A DNA stretch of 64,000 nt from Salinispira sp. (GCA_965226555.1 CBDDDG010000010.1:160001-224000), one strand, 5' to 3'. Counted from the stretch's first letter, positions 38,795 to 50,206 are shown. Made by a program: numbers and translations. Notes: generated from the letters alone by a model not told the origin.

Positions 38795-40204
38795 TTATCT
38801 CGGTATATAGGAATATATCAGGTTAAGATTATCTTTCTGATATTCTTTTTCCGCATAATCCTCAGAGAAAAGAATACTGTCAGATTCGTCATAATACTCA
38901 AGAACTATTCTGTGAGATCCCGGGTCAATACGAAATTCACCGCCATAGGCAAAACCGGGGTAGTAGCGCGCAGAGCGTAGGTCGGCCACCTCGCTCGCAT
39001 CTGTCGCTACATCAGTAAATACGCCGAGTACAGTTCCCAAGAGAGGATCTGCTGCGGATGCGGCATCTTTTACTCCTTTATTCAGGAGTCCCTTAATAAT
39101 AGTGCGCGTAATGGTTTTAGCATAAATAAGAGGTTCTTTCAGTTTATACATTTCAGCTCCGACATTCTCCAAACTTTCAACAAGTTCAAGATCTCCCTGC
39201 GGTTCTCCATCAACAACAACCTGTATACGCTTTACATCCGAACCGTGACTGTGCAGAACAGGCAGTTCAAACGTAAATTGGTAGCCCTCAGACATGGCTG
39301 GCCAGAACAGACTTTCAACATCTTCGGTTTCGAGTACTCCATCTTCATTTTCTTTTTGAAGAACAATTAATACCTGATTCGTAAAGGTTTTAATGAATAG
39401 GGTATTTGCCCGTTTTTCCGGCATTCGTCCGGTAAAGGCAAGGACATTGAGCCTTACCTTATCGGTTTCTTCCAGCAGGGGGCTGATATCCGGCTCGGGA
39501 AAGTCATACACGGCAGGCTGCGCCGCGAAGGCTCTGCGAAAGGCATCAGCATCAATACTTGCCCCATCCCAATTTCCATCGGCACGATATACCAGCAGGC
39601 TCAGATAACGCCCAAGAGCTGAATTGTGGAACTCGGTACTGCCCGCCTTTACTTCAACTTCATTGTCTTCAAACTGATTAAGTCCCTCAGCAAGTTCCCC
39701 ATACTTATCTTCAAGGAGATTGAGCTTGTCATTGAGTCGGTTAATTTCCACAAAAGCAGAGTCCAAGTTATTTTCGGCAAGGAAGGATAGTGCTTTGAAA
39801 ACATTTACGTATAGTTCCTCATATGGTTCGCCGGGGTAGTCGATAACAGTATCGTTCAGAAGGAAACTGCCAATTGCCTGCGTTACACTCGCGGTGAATA
39901 GTTCCTCCATGAGGCGCTCGGCCTCGCTGAGATACTCCTGCGCACGGGGATAGTTCCCTGCATAAAAATGCAGCATGCCGATGTCGAGAGACTTCAGTAC
40001 CTGATCGGTCTCAAGATATATTTCATCCTGCTGTTCTGGATCCTCCAGAATATTGAGGGCTTCCTCATATTGGCGATTGTTCGCAAATTCATCTACTTCA
40101 ACGAATTTCTCATTGAGGGTCACGCAACCCATGATAAATGGAACAAGCATTAATAACAACGGAAAGAGGGATCCCGTAGTTTGTATTTTAGTTTTGGTTT
40201 TCAC
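38795..40204 (-). CDS. COG3014-like TPR lipoprotein
   Basis: IMGC lipobox; LLND..DYPGEPYE, ADLRS..P motifs; GGAGG RBS before GTG 40204. Confidence 0.75.
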   Translation of the reverse strand: MKTKTKIQTTGSLFPLLLMLVPFIMGCVTLNEKFVEVDEFANNRQYEEALNILEDPEQQDEIYLETDQVLKSLDIGMLHFYAGNYPRAQEYLSEAERLMEELFTASVTQAIGSFLLNDTVIDYPGEPYEELYVNVFKALSFLAENNLDSAFVEINRLNDKLNLLEDKYGELAEGLNQFEDNEVEVKAGSTEFHNSALGRYLSLLVYRADGNWDGASIDADAFRRAFAAQPAVYDFPEPDISPLLEETDKVRLNVLAFTGRMPEKRANTLFIKTFTNQVLIVLQKENEDGVLETEDVESLFWPAMSEGYQFTFELPVLHSHGSDVKRIQVVVDGEPQGDLELVESLENVGAEMYKLKEPLIYAKTITRTIIKGLLNKGVKDAASAADPLLGTVLGVFTDVATDASEVADLRSARYYPGFAYGGEFRIDPGSHRIVLEYYDESDSILFSEDYAEKEYQKDNLNLIYSYIPR

Positions 40205-40238
40205 AGTATTTTGCCTCCCGCAAACTATAAAACAATAA

Positions 40239-40307
40239 GAAAGTTTTCCAATGCAAAACTTTCTATACCTTGAGGAAATCAAACATATAGATAAGAGAAT
40301 CCTCATT
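40239..40307. mobile_element. MITE modules b+C in a 5' leader
   Basis: GAAAGTTTTCCAATGCAAAACTTTC then TATACCTTGAG..GAGAATCCTCATT. Confidence 0.8.
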
Positions 40308-40356
40308 ATTTTCAACAAATAATTTATTCAGCCCTGAAATTATAGGCTGTTTTTTT

Positions 40357-40386
40357 ACTATATCAGTTACAATAAAAGTAGGTCAA
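40357..40386 (-). promoter_or_regulatory. Putative sigma70 promoter of the lipoprotein operon
   Basis: TTGACC ... TGaTATAGT (extended -10). Confidence 0.5.
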
Positions 40387-40434
40387 CCCTTTTTCACCGA
40401 TTTTTTGGGAAATAAACATTTGGGAAGCTCTGGA

Positions 40435-40482
40435 AAAAGCCCGCCCGTTCCCGTATGGGCACACAAGAACGAAGGGCGGGGC
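40435..40482 (-). terminator. Possible terminator
   Basis: GC-rich imperfect stem followed by a T run on the minus strand, after the small lipoprotein gene. Confidence 0.45.
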
Positions 40483-40516
40483 ATTAATTGCCACAGTGTT
40501 GGCGACAAGTCAACTA

Positions 40517-40849
40517 TTACTGCCGGGTAAACACAACTGAGCCCAATGTTAGCTTATCTCCCTCAATGGAATACTCAACTGTACCCTCCCAGAGGAGTAC
40601 TCCCACTCTGTTTCCTATACAATTCGAGAACGTAAACGATGTCTCCCCGTTTTTATTTGCAGCCGAGTAAATACACGTCACATCATAAAAATGGTCTGTG
40701 AAGGTACCCAAAAGGGTGAATTCAATAGTCCAGTCGTCACCTGATGTATAGACACCAGTTTCTTCTGTCCAACGTCCTATGAATTCACATCCTATCAACA
40801 TAGTCATCATTACAACAACTATAAATAATGGCATTAACTTTTTTTTCAT
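40517..40849 (-). CDS. Small lipoprotein, unknown function
   Basis: MKKK + hydrophobic stretch + LIGC; AGGAGG RBS. Confidence 0.7.
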   Translation of the reverse strand: MKKKLMPLFIVVVMMTMLIGCEFIGRWTEETGVYTSGDDWTIEFTLLGTFTDHFYDVTCIYSAANKNGETSFTFSNCIGNRVGVLLWEGTVEYSIEGDKLTLGSVVFTRQ

Positions 40850-41106
40850 AAAGTTAGCCTCCTAAGAGTTAGTATAGAAATTCCCCAAGGGAACCTCTGG
40901 AAACTCAATATTCGGCAGTGTGAAATACTACGTTTCCAGATATTCCCAATGTTTTCTTACACATAACACATTCAGAAAAACACTGTCAACCCCAAAAATG
41001 TGCTGGTGGGTATACATGAGGAGAGAGAAAACGTACAAGGGGAGCATGCCAACATGCATGGATGATGTTCACCTACTAGGTGAACACGTTACTCTTATTC
41101 AAAGAA

Positions 41107-41454
41107 TCAATCTTTTCGAAATTGCGTCCATTGGACAGCAACACCTTCTGCAACTGTTTTAGTATCTTGGAAAAGAACAAAACTTGTCTGAACCACTGAA
41201 ACAGTAATGTCAATTACATCATCTACTCGCGAGCCATACAGCTCCTGAGCTTTTTCATTAATGAGGTTTCTTAACCCCACTTCACCAAGCGATACAATAT
41301 TATCCAGTTTTACTACTACTCTCCCGAGTATCTCAAACTCATCACGAACTATTGTCGCACTTGTTTCATTAGCAAAAACTGGAGTAACTGTTGTACATCC
41401 ATACATTGTTAGAAATCCAACTAACAATAAAATAACGATAGAAACTTTTTTCAT
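41107..41454 (-). CDS. Small lipoprotein, unknown function
   Basis: MKKVSIV..MYGC; C-terminal AEGVAV. Confidence 0.7.
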   Translation of the reverse strand: MKKVSIVILLLVGFLTMYGCTTVTPVFANETSATIVRDEFEILGRVVVKLDNIVSLGEVGLRNLINEKAQELYGSRVDDVIDITVSVVQTSFVLFQDTKTVAEGVAVQWTQFRKD

Positions 41455-41526
41455 ACTTCCATCCTCCTTATCTTTCGATCTTGAATAAGTGTTTTCCACA
41501 GCAAGTACAGCTTCCGCTCCATCTCG

Positions 41527-41974
41527 CTATTTTCTCCCCCCCCTATTTTTTAAAGTACAAATCGGAAAACAATCAGTCCCCGCCATGGAAACGGCAACAG
41601 GGGTTCCCGCGCTCGCTGCCGACCATGCGCCATTGCCCTGTGTTAGTTCTGTAATGGTATGGTTTGCGGCCGGCACAGGAACTGTAATAGTCTCCGACCA
41701 GTTGGTATTGCTGTCAGCGCTATGGAGAAGGTGATACTCGGTAATTTCGCTGCTGCCCGTATCTTCCGACACGGCCAATGGAGCAATTAGTTGCCCATTC
41801 CCCGCTTTAAGGGTTGGGCACGCATTGCACCCGGTGAGATTTGTGTGTGTGTGTGGGGGGGGGGGGGGGGGGGGGTGATATCATCCGCTCACGGTGTTGG
41901 ACACCCGGCAGGTAGTGTAAATGAAAATTGAGCAGGATATGAAATGCTTTCCTTACATAATTTGTGCGACTCAT
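41527..41974 (-). pseudogene. Decayed FN3 lipoprotein paralog
   Basis: AGGAG RBS/ATG 41974, AGCP lipobox remnant, PTLKAG and GSSEITEYHL.HSAD..HTITEL..G.GAWS fragments in different frames. Confidence 0.6.
41842..41875 (+). repeat. (TG)n microsatellite joined to a G21 homopolymer
   Basis: Read directly from the sequence. Confidence 0.95.
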
Positions 41975-42195
41975 AGTGTTACTCCTAACTGCCGACACGC
42001 CTATCGTATAGAGATTGTTGCACGGCAACAGTCTCATCGGTGATATTATAGTACCGTTCATGTATCTGGAGTGTCAACATTCCATATGAACTTTTTTGAA
42101 TTTTTCTTTCGATTTTTTGCTTTCTGGCTGTAATCGGTCAACTTTTTCTATGGGGAGTTGATACAATGCCGGAAAATTTTATACAATGGCAATAT

Positions 42196-43449
42196 ATGAA
42201 CAAACACTGGATATTCCTCACGGCGCGGCGCTTCATACATTCCCGCAAGCGGTCACGGAGCTCGGTTACCGCCCTGCTCTCCATCTTCGGACTCGCTGCA
42301 GGCATTACAACCCTCACAACGGTCATTTCCGTTACAAACGGATTACAGCAAAGTACCATTGAAGATCTCATTGAGATCAATAGCTTTCATCTCCGCCTCC
42401 GCCCCCCCTTTCCCGATACAGCAGAGAACATTGAAACAATTCCGGGCATCAGCGAGGCATTCCCCATTATTGAAACCCAGGCGCTTTTCAGGGGAGAACG
42501 GGGGAGAACGCAGGCTGTCATTCTCAAGGCCCTCGATTCCCGCTTCCTTCAGGAAAACACCGAATTTTCCTACCGCCTCGGTCTTTTCTCCCGACCTCCT
42601 CTGGATGACAGAACAGTCATAGTCGGGCGTGAACTCGCGCGCTTTCTCGGCATAGAGCGGGGAGACCGTATTTACGCCATTGGGCTCGGGGGCGATGGAA
42701 TTTCCCTGAACAATCCCATAGACATTGAATTAACCGTGAGCGAACTCTTCGCAAGCGGATATTACGATTTTGACCGCAACTGGGCCTTCATCAACCTGAA
42801 TACCGCAGAACATGATTTTCAGTCGGCATACCGTACGGAACTCGCCATCAACATTGATGATCGGCTGAATGACCTCAGTATTGTTCAGAAATTGCGTAGC
42901 CGGTATCCCGATCTGAGGGGGGGGAATGTGCAATCGTGGCGGGAATTTAACCGCAGTATTTTCGGCGCCCTCCGGCTGGAAAAAACAATACTCGCCTTCC
43001 TTATCGGCCTCATATTCCTCGTTGTCGGGGTAAATATCTTTCAGGGGCTCAAGCGGACAGTGCATGATCATTATGAAGACATCGCCATTCTCAAAACTCT
43101 CGGAGCATCGGAAAGGAATGTGCGGATGGTCTTCCTCTGCGAGGGACTTCTCATTGCGCTTGGCGGAATACTTATTGGTCTGCCGGGGGGGATATGGATT
43201 TCAACGGGGATCAATGAGATTTTCCGTTTTGCGGAGAATGTTGTCCAATTCTTCATACAGGACAAAAGTCTGGAAGGTCTGGATCAGGTGTCCAGCTACT
43301 TTTATTTGCAGAATGTGCCCGTCCACATTATTCCTGCCGAACTTGCAGCCATTGCCCTTGTTGCCGCCGCCTCCGCAATTTTTTCCGCCTACGCCGCGTC
43401 GCGGCAGGTACTTACTCTCAGACCCCGTGAGGTATTCAACAATGAATAA
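42196..43449 (+). CDS. LolC/E-type ABC permease
   Basis: LSIFGLAAG..SVTNG, SGYYDFD, IAILKTLGAS. Confidence 0.85.
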   Translation: MNKHWIFLTARRFIHSRKRSRSSVTALLSIFGLAAGITTLTTVISVTNGLQQSTIEDLIEINSFHLRLRPPFPDTAENIETIPGISEAFPIIETQALFRGERGRTQAVILKALDSRFLQENTEFSYRLGLFSRPPLDDRTVIVGRELARFLGIERGDRIYAIGLGGDGISLNNPIDIELTVSELFASGYYDFDRNWAFINLNTAEHDFQSAYRTELAINIDDRLNDLSIVQKLRSRYPDLRGGNVQSWREFNRSIFGALRLEKTILAFLIGLIFLVVGVNIFQGLKRTVHDHYEDIAILKTLGASERNVRMVFLCEGLLIALGGILIGLPGGIWISTGINEIFRFAENVVQFFIQDKSLEGLDQVSSYFYLQNVPVHIIPAELAAIALVAAASAIFSAYAASRQVLTLRPREVFNNE

Positions 43450-44177
43450 AAGCCCCGCAACCGTTTCCGTCAATCAGCCGGAAACGCCCCGATAACAGCT
43501 ATATCGAACTCAGCCGCATCAGCAAGGCCTACCGCAACCCGGGCAGCCGGAACAATCAGCTTGTTATTAATGACCTTAGCCTCAACCTCAGGAAGGGGGA
43601 AGTGCTCATTATTACCGGCGAGAGCGGTTCAGGAAAAACGACCCTCCTCAATCTGCTCGGCGGACTCGACACAGTCGACTCCGGTACCATTCGGGTCGAT
43701 GACCTGCAAGTCAGCGATCTGAAGGAACATCAGCTGTTCATGTATCGGCAGCACAAACTCGGCTTCATTTTTCAGTTTCATCATTTGCTCAGAGATTTTA
43801 CCGCCCTTGAAAACACCATGCTCCCCGCTCTCATTGCGGGAAAGAAAGATGTTGAAGAGCAGGCAGCCGAACTGCTGAAGAGGGTCGGACTCGAAAAACA
43901 ACTCAACAACTATCCTCATCAGCTCTCGGGAGGAGAATGTCAGCGGGTTGCCATTACCCGAGCGCTCATAAACAGTCCTGCGCTCATCCTCGCAGATGAA
44001 CCGACAGGCAGCCTCGATGAAAAGCGCAGCCGTGAAATTGAGGGGATGCTCTTTGAACTTGTGCGTGAAGAAGGCCGCACCATGGTAATTGTTACCCATA
44101 ATGCCCGCCTGAAAAAATTCGGCAGCCGCAATCTTCACCTCACGCAGGGACGGCTCACGCAGGAGAAGATCACATGA
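43442..44177 (+). CDS. lolD: LolD-type ABC ATPase with a frame discontinuity near the 5' end
   Basis: GESGSGKT, GFIFQFHHL, LSGGECQR, ADEPTG; homology extends upstream of GTG 43602. Confidence 0.8.
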
Positions 44178-45532
44178 ATACGGGGCTTGTTCTGAAACTC
44201 GTACGGAATTTTATCTTCGGACGGCACGGAAACTTCAGCCTCCGGCGCATCCGCGGGGGAGTTATCGGCATTGCCTGCAGCCTCGTTCCGCTTGTGCTTG
44301 TTTTTGTGGTAGCAAACGGCATGATAAGCGGTATAACCATGCGCTTCATTGAAACGGGAACATATCATCTTCAGCTTATTCCCCGCGACAGGAGCAATGC
44401 GGAAACAATTCCTTCAGAGGAAACCCCCGCCCTTCTGGAGGAGCTTCGGAGCATTGAGGGCATTCGGCAGGCCTTTGTTGAGGTGCAGGGAGTCGGACTC
44501 ATTGCCGGCGGCATTGGACACAGCGGGGGGCAGATAAGAGGTGTGGATCCGCAAATATATGACAGCGATCCGAATTTTTCCCGCTACATCGAAATTGTTG
44601 CGGGGAGCTTTGATCTGACGGGAAGGCGGAAAATTCTTCTGGGAGAAAATCTTGCATCCACATTGCAGATAGGGGTGGGCGATGATGTTCGTCTCATCAC
44701 GGCTCGGACCAGTGAGCGGATCATTCCGCGGGTGAGCCATTTCACGGTCAGCGGTATTGTTTCCAGCGGATATCGGGATCTCGATTCTCTCTGGATATTC
44801 ATTAATGCGACAGATGCGCGCCGCGTTATACCACGCGATGAGGCGCGGGAAATAATCGGTATAAAGGTGGACAATCCCTTTAGCCTCACGAGTGAATCGC
44901 GGGAACTGGAATTTATTCAGGCCCGCGCAGGCGCCGAAAATGCTGTTTCAGATGCCATTCGCGCGCTCACATACGAACAGTGGCGTCTGCGCACATGGTT
45001 TGATCTTGAGAAAAATCAATACCGCAGTTTCATAACCACCCGCAACGTGCTCCTCTTCATTACTGTTCTTATTGTCCTCATTGCTGCGGTGAACATCAGC
45101 TCGGCCATGATCATGCTGGTGCTGGAAAAACAGGAGGAAATTGCCATGTTAAAGGCGCTGGGCATACAAAACCGGCACATTTTTACCGTTTTTCTCATTG
45201 GCGGAGGAATTACCGGCGGAATCGGCGCAGTTATCGGCTTATCATTGGGGGCGCTGGCCACATATTATGTAAACGAAATTGTGAAATTTATGGAGCGTGT
45301 TATTAACGGCATCGGCTATATCGGGACGGTGCTGAGCTCACCGGGTGAATTATATGTTCCCTTTGAATTGTTTAATCCCGATTTTTATCTGACGAGAATA
45401 CCCGTCAATCTGCATGTTGCCGATCTCGCTGTTATGGGACTCATTACCCTTTTTCTCAGCATTCTGATGAGCTGTCTTCCCGCGCGAAGGGCTGTACGGT
45501 TGAAACCGGTTGCCCTTATGCATCATTATTAA
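44174..45532 (+). CDS. LolC/E-type ABC permease
   Basis: AAVNISS..V.EKQEEIAMLKALG, PARRAVRLKP. Confidence 0.85.
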   Translation: MNTGLVLKLVRNFIFGRHGNFSLRRIRGGVIGIACSLVPLVLVFVVANGMISGITMRFIETGTYHLQLIPRDRSNAETIPSEETPALLEELRSIEGIRQAFVEVQGVGLIAGGIGHSGGQIRGVDPQIYDSDPNFSRYIEIVAGSFDLTGRRKILLGENLASTLQIGVGDDVRLITARTSERIIPRVSHFTVSGIVSSGYRDLDSLWIFINATDARRVIPRDEAREIIGIKVDNPFSLTSESRELEFIQARAGAENAVSDAIRALTYEQWRLRTWFDLEKNQYRSFITTRNVLLFITVLIVLIAAVNISSAMIMLVLEKQEEIAMLKALGIQNRHIFTVFLIGGGITGGIGAVIGLSLGALATYYVNEIVKFMERVINGIGYIGTVLSSPGELYVPFELFNPDFYLTRIPVNLHVADLAVMGLITLFLSILMSCLPARRAVRLKPVALMHHY

Positions 45533-45595
45533 ACGGGAACGAGGGAAATCCGGCGGCGGCCGTCAGCGAAGGCGCCGCCGAAGAAGGAGCCAGAG

Positions 45596-46123
45596 ATGAC
45601 AAGGCCGACTACATCCGGTACCCCCGATTCATGCGCAATGTGTTCCGCAACAACGCGCATTCTTGTGCTTCAGCAGGTAATTGGGAAACAGACGCATACC
45701 GTCCGCATATGTACGCAATGCGCGGAAATGTTGGGAATTGAGCGGAGCAGTGCCCATGCCGCGTTGAGAATTGGAGATTTGTTTGCTGCCGTTCTTGACC
45801 CCGAGGGCGCAGATGAAAAAGACGGAAAATTCTGCGGGCACTGCGGGTGCACCTATCTTGACTTGCGGCACAGCGGCATGGTCGGCTGCAGCAATTGTTA
45901 CGAGGTATTCAAGGATGAAATTGCCTTTCATCTCCGCAGAATCAACATACGGAAAAAACATCGGGGAAAACTCCCCCGCAGCCTTCACATAGTCAGCAAT
46001 CTCCTCATTAAAAAACCCGCCCTTAATTATCGGCTCGAACAGGCCCTCCAGCGCGAGGACTACGAAGACGCAGTCCGCATACAGGCACAAATAAAACAGA
46101 TGGAAGAGGAGGGAAAACCGTGA
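45596..46123 (+). CDS. mcsA: McsA-like protein (CxxC motifs + UVR domain)
   Basis: Four CxxC motifs, HRGKLP, EDYEDAVRI. Confidence 0.85.
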   Translation: MTRPTTSGTPDSCAMCSATTRILVLQQVIGKQTHTVRICTQCAEMLGIERSSAHAALRIGDLFAAVLDPEGADEKDGKFCGHCGCTYLDLRHSGMVGCSNCYEVFKDEIAFHLRRINIRKKHRGKLPRSLHIVSNLLIKKPALNYRLEQALQREDYEDAVRIQAQIKQMEEEGKP

Positions 46124-47214
46124 AAACAATTCAGCAGATTCTTCCGGCATGGATGTCGGCAGAGGGTGAGTGCCAAGATGTTGTTTTGTTCACTAGGTTA
46201 TCGCTTAATCGGAATGTGGAGAATTTCCCCTTTCCGCATTTCCTTGATCAGGCATATCTTCCCGAACTGCTGGCGCTCGGAGAACAGGCGGCGGCAACAT
46301 TGTATCCGAATGCTTCGAGCTTTGATCTTGGCGGAGACAGCACGGGAATTCTGACCGAGCAGTTTTATGTTGACCGCAATATGCTTGGAATGGGCAGGCG
46401 CATCAATATTTCCGAAAACAAAAACAGTGCTCTTCTGGTAAATGGGGAAGATCATCTCTCAATAATGGAGTTTGCTGCGGGTTTTTCTCCGGGCAAACAG
46501 CTGGATATACTGGGACAATATGATGCGGTATTGGAAGATATCTTTCAATATGCGGTTTCCGTGGATATGGGATATTTGCTCTCACGGATAGATCGGGCAG
46601 GCAGCGGTCTCCACATTGATGTCTGCCTTCATCTTCCCGCTCTCAGCGAATGTGAACTTTTCAGCGGCCTTGTCGCGCGCGCCCGGAGAAATGGTCTGGA
46701 TATTATGAGCTTCGGAGATTCGGAACGCCCAATTGCTCACCTATTTCTTCTCAGTACCGATGCGGCGCTCGGAAATAGCGAAGAGGAAATTCTCGAACTC
46801 ATTGATACGATCATACAGGAGTTTGTTCATCTGGAACGGGAACAGAGGGAAAAATTCAGGAAGATAACACAGACGGTAGACAGAATGTGGCGGGATTTTG
46901 CCATTCTCCGGCACTGCCGCCTGCTGTCTCTCAGGGAATCGCTGAACCGTTTCAGTAATGTGCGCATCGGCTCTGCCCTCGGCATACTCCCACTTCCTCC
47001 CCTGTCGCTGCCCTTCTTTGCCTCCCAGTCGGCGCATCTCCGGGCAATTTCCTCCCTGCCCGCCTTCAAAAAATACGGCAACCCCAATTCCACTGCCCCC
47101 ACTGCGAAAAACGCCGCGGAAAGCGCCGCAGAAAGCAGCGGCGACGGGTATAACGAACTGCGGGCAGCAGTGTTCAGAACGCTCATGGAAGGGTATGCGC
47201 CATGTATTGCATGA
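46120..47214 (+). CDS. mcsB: McsB-like ATP:guanido phosphotransferase
   Basis: TRLSLNRN..FPFP, VNGEDHL, GSGL..LHLPAL; follows mcsA. Confidence 0.78.
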   Translation: MKTIQQILPAWMSAEGECQDVVLFTRLSLNRNVENFPFPHFLDQAYLPELLALGEQAAATLYPNASSFDLGGDSTGILTEQFYVDRNMLGMGRRINISENKNSALLVNGEDHLSIMEFAAGFSPGKQLDILGQYDAVLEDIFQYAVSVDMGYLLSRIDRAGSGLHIDVCLHLPALSECELFSGLVARARRNGLDIMSFGDSERPIAHLFLLSTDAALGNSEEEILELIDTIIQEFVHLEREQREKFRKITQTVDRMWRDFAILRHCRLLSLRESLNRFSNVRIGSALGILPLPPLSLPFFASQSAHLRAISSLPAFKKYGNPNSTAPTAKNAAESAAESSGDGYNELRAAVFRTLMEGYAPCIA

Positions 47215-48332
47215 ATTTCTACCGCGATTTTTTTACTGTCCCCGATAATGAAATACGCATTTTTATTCTCATCGATGGATTCGGCATGAACCTCTTTGAG
47301 AAACTGGAAAGCGAGTATGGAGATGCGAGCTGGTTTGCGCGGCATTTTACCCGGGAAATGCAGTCGGTATACCCATCCACAACGGCTGTCGCCCTCACCT
47401 GCCTCGCGAGCCTCAGGGGGCCGGGAGAACTCGGCGTGAGCGGCTGGACAACCTGGCTTCCCGAGCACAAAAAACTGGTCAATGTACTTATTTCCCGAAA
47501 CCCTCTGGCAAAGTACCCCAAGGGCACCTGGGACAGGGAAATTGTTTCCCAGACTATTCAGGTTGAATCGGCCATTGGACATCGGGGAGTGTACCTTGTG
47601 CAGCCATTTCCCTACATTCCCCAGGAGTATGCAGCCTGGGCATCCGGCGGACGTCAGGCGCAGCTTCTGGGCTACAATGCCGGAAAAGACTGGAATAATA
47701 AAAAAAATCCGCGGCATTGGAGACGGGTCGTCTCAAAGCTGTGTACCGAAATGGAATTAGGATCACTCATGTACCTCTATCTTCCAATGGTCGATTCACA
47801 GAGCCACATATCGGGCTGGGACTCAGCTGAAACCTTCGAAAGGTTACGGAACATTGAGGATGACCTTCAGAAATGTATCGAAAATCTTGAAAAACAGAAC
47901 AAACACTGTACCATCGGCATTACTGCCGATCACGGGCTCATTAACATTCCCCGCGAACAGCAATTTCCTGTTGAGGACGCAACCCCGTGGATGCAGTATC
48001 TGGAATCGTCCATGAGCTGTGAAAGCCGAAATCCTGTGTTCCATGTTATTCCCGGGCAGGAAGATAGCTTCCGCAAACATTTTTCCGCCAGCAGGGAAGG
48101 CGCGCACTTTGAGCTTCATAGTCCGGAGGAACTGGCGGCGCGGGGCTATTTTGGTCCCGAGGGCATAAGCGAATGTGCCCGCCCCCGCTGGGGCACCTTC
48201 ATCGGACTCGCTGGAACAGGTGCCTGCCTCAAGGATTTCTGCAAGGGGCATAAGGTTCCGCAGTTTGTTGCGTATCATGGAGGAGATGATCCCGGCGAGC
48301 GCCGTGTGCCCTTATTTTCCTTTACGGTGTAA
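47202..48332 (+). CDS. Alkaline phosphatase superfamily / nucleotide pyrophosphatase
   Basis: LIDGFG, SVYPSTT, DSQSH..G, TADHG, HGG..E..VP. Confidence 0.85.
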   Translation: MYCMNFYRDFFTVPDNEIRIFILIDGFGMNLFEKLESEYGDASWFARHFTREMQSVYPSTTAVALTCLASLRGPGELGVSGWTTWLPEHKKLVNVLISRNPLAKYPKGTWDREIVSQTIQVESAIGHRGVYLVQPFPYIPQEYAAWASGGRQAQLLGYNAGKDWNNKKNPRHWRRVVSKLCTEMELGSLMYLYLPMVDSQSHISGWDSAETFERLRNIEDDLQKCIENLEKQNKHCTIGITADHGLINIPREQQFPVEDATPWMQYLESSMSCESRNPVFHVIPGQEDSFRKHFSASREGAHFELHSPEELAARGYFGPEGISECARPRWGTFIGLAGTGACLKDFCKGHKVPQFVAYHGGDDPGERRVPLFSFTV

Positions 48333-49106
48333 TATCTGCGGAACAGAGCGTACCGGAAGGCCTGCTTCGGAAAGGCAGCGCTTTATATCCGTAATGGTAT
48401 AGTCTCCGTTGTGGACCATGCCCGCAACGAGGGCTGCGTCTGCCCGTCCACGCCTGAAAACCTCATTCAGATGCTCGGGTCTGCCTGCTCCTCCCGATGC
48501 CACTACCGGAATACGCAACTCCGCGCTCATCATACTGGTAAGCTCAAGATCATAGCCATTTTTCATGCCGTCTCTGTCAATCGAATTCAGCACGATCTCG
48601 CCGGCGCCCCGATCCTGCGCCTCAAGCGCCCAGCGCAGCGCATCTTTTTCGGTAGCCACGCGCCCGCCCTTAACAACTACCCGATATGAGGAGGGCATAC
48701 CCTCATCTCTCAGAGCATCCATGCCGAGCACAATACATTGCTGCCCGAAAACTGCCGCCCCCTGCCCAATAATGCCGGGGTCGCGGACTGCCTGCGAATT
48801 CAGGCTCACTTTTTCAGCTCCCGCGCCAATTACACGGCGTATATCTTCCAGACTGCCAATACCCCCGCCGACACAGAAGGGAATGAATATCTTCTCTGCC
48901 ACCCGTTCAACAATTGAGATAAATATGCCTCTATCTTCATGGGATGCGGTAATATCGTAGAATACCAGTTCATCGCAGCCCTGCTCATAATACTCTCCTG
49001 CCATATCCACAGGATTGCCGATATCAACATTATTCTTAAACCGCACCCCCTTGGTCGTTCTGCCGTTGCGGACATCAAGACACACAATAACGCGCTTTTC
49101 CAGCAT
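48312..49106 (-). CDS. hisF: Imidazole glycerol phosphate synthase cyclase subunit
   Basis: [35 protein letters not shown]. Confidence 0.97.
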   Translation of the reverse strand: MLEKRVIVCLDVRNGRTTKGVRFKNNVDIGNPVDMAGEYYEQGCDELVFYDITASHEDRGIFISIVERVAEKIFIPFCVGGGIGSLEDIRRVIGAGAEKVSLNSQAVRDPGIIGQGAAVFGQQCIVLGMDALRDEGMPSSYRVVVKGGRVATEKDALRWALEAQDRGAGEIVLNSIDRDGMKNGYDLELTSMMSAELRIPVVASGGAGRPEHLNEVFRRGRADAALVAGMVHNGDYTITDIKRCLSEAGLPVRSVPQILHRKGK

Positions 49107-49199
49107 TCCATCTCCTTCACATGCCGTTCCGCTTGCATCTGCCCGAGCTCCGTTTGCCGCTGCCCGAGCTCCGCTCCGCAGGGCGTCTCAGAAAGCAGC

Positions 49200-49886
49200 T
49201 CAGAAATATTTCAGAAAATTTTCCAGAAGTTTCAGACCAGCCGGCCCCGATTTCTCCGGATGAAACTGACATGCCGCCAAGCCCTCCCGCCCATACACAG
49301 AAGGAAAGCTCAGCCCATAATCTGTTCTCCCCAATATGAGCGCCTCGTCAGGCTGCGGATAGAAACTATGTACAAAGTAAAAACTTGAATTCTGCGGAAT
49401 GCCCTCAAAAAGACGAGCTGCCACGGGGCATTCCTCCGGTACAACCTGATTCCAACCGATATGCGGAACCTTATACTGCCTCTGATCCTCGCCGGCAGCC
49501 GTGCCGATAGCCTTCACGGCATCCTCGCCGGCAGCCGAGCCGGCAAGCTTCCCGAGCTCAGCGCTCAGCGAAGCAACACTTCCCGATTCCAGAGCGAGAC
49601 AGGGGGTATTATCCTCGGCGGAATGTTCCAGAAGAATGTGGCAGCCTATACATATACCGAGAATGGGGCGGCCCTTTTGGTGAGCCGCTGCGATGGCCTG
49701 ATCCAGTCCCCGTTCCCTGAGCGCCTGCATGGCATGGGAGGCCTGACCAACTCCGGGAAAAATAATTTTATCGGCCATGAACAGACGATCGGGATCGCTG
49801 CTTATCTCAATATCTGCTTCAAGATAATTCAGGGCTGTCTCCACCGAACGCACATTACCGGCATCGTAGTCAACAACAAGAACCAT
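49200..49886 (-). CDS. hisH: Imidazole glycerol phosphate synthase glutaminase subunit
   Basis: DYDAGNVRSV, PGVG, LGICIG, VPHIGWN, QFHPEKSG. Confidence 0.96.
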   Translation of the reverse strand: MVLVVDYDAGNVRSVETALNYLEADIEISSDPDRLFMADKIIFPGVGQASHAMQALRERGLDQAIAAAHQKGRPILGICIGCHILLEHSAEDNTPCLALESGSVASLSAELGKLAGSAAGEDAVKAIGTAAGEDQRQYKVPHIGWNQVVPEECPVAARLFEGIPQNSSFYFVHSFYPQPDEALILGRTDYGLSFPSVYGREGLAACQFHPEKSGPAGLKLLENFLKYF

Positions 49887-50206
49887 TTTTCATGCCGCCG
49901 CTGCCCATGTCGCAGGCAGACGGGAGAAGCATGACAATCATACAGAAAGAAACACATCGTAACATCATGCTCATTCATCCTTCATATTATGTAAGATATG
50001 GCATTATATACACATTACCTTTTGCGGTCAATATTTTTGTAAGATGTTATGGGAAATAAACATTTGATCTGCCGGATCATGCAAAAACTTGGTATGAATA
50101 ATGTCCATTGACAGACCCTCCCTGAGCATTCCTGACGGAACTGGTATGTGAGGTTGATCCGGATGTTGATATTATCCGATATGCGCGCAGGCCGAGCGGT
50201 TCCAAC

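Noticed and set aside
40205..40318. N-terminal extension of the 507-aa ORF
   Set aside because: Encoded by MITE sequence; the RBS and GTG at 40204 fit the lipoprotein signal better
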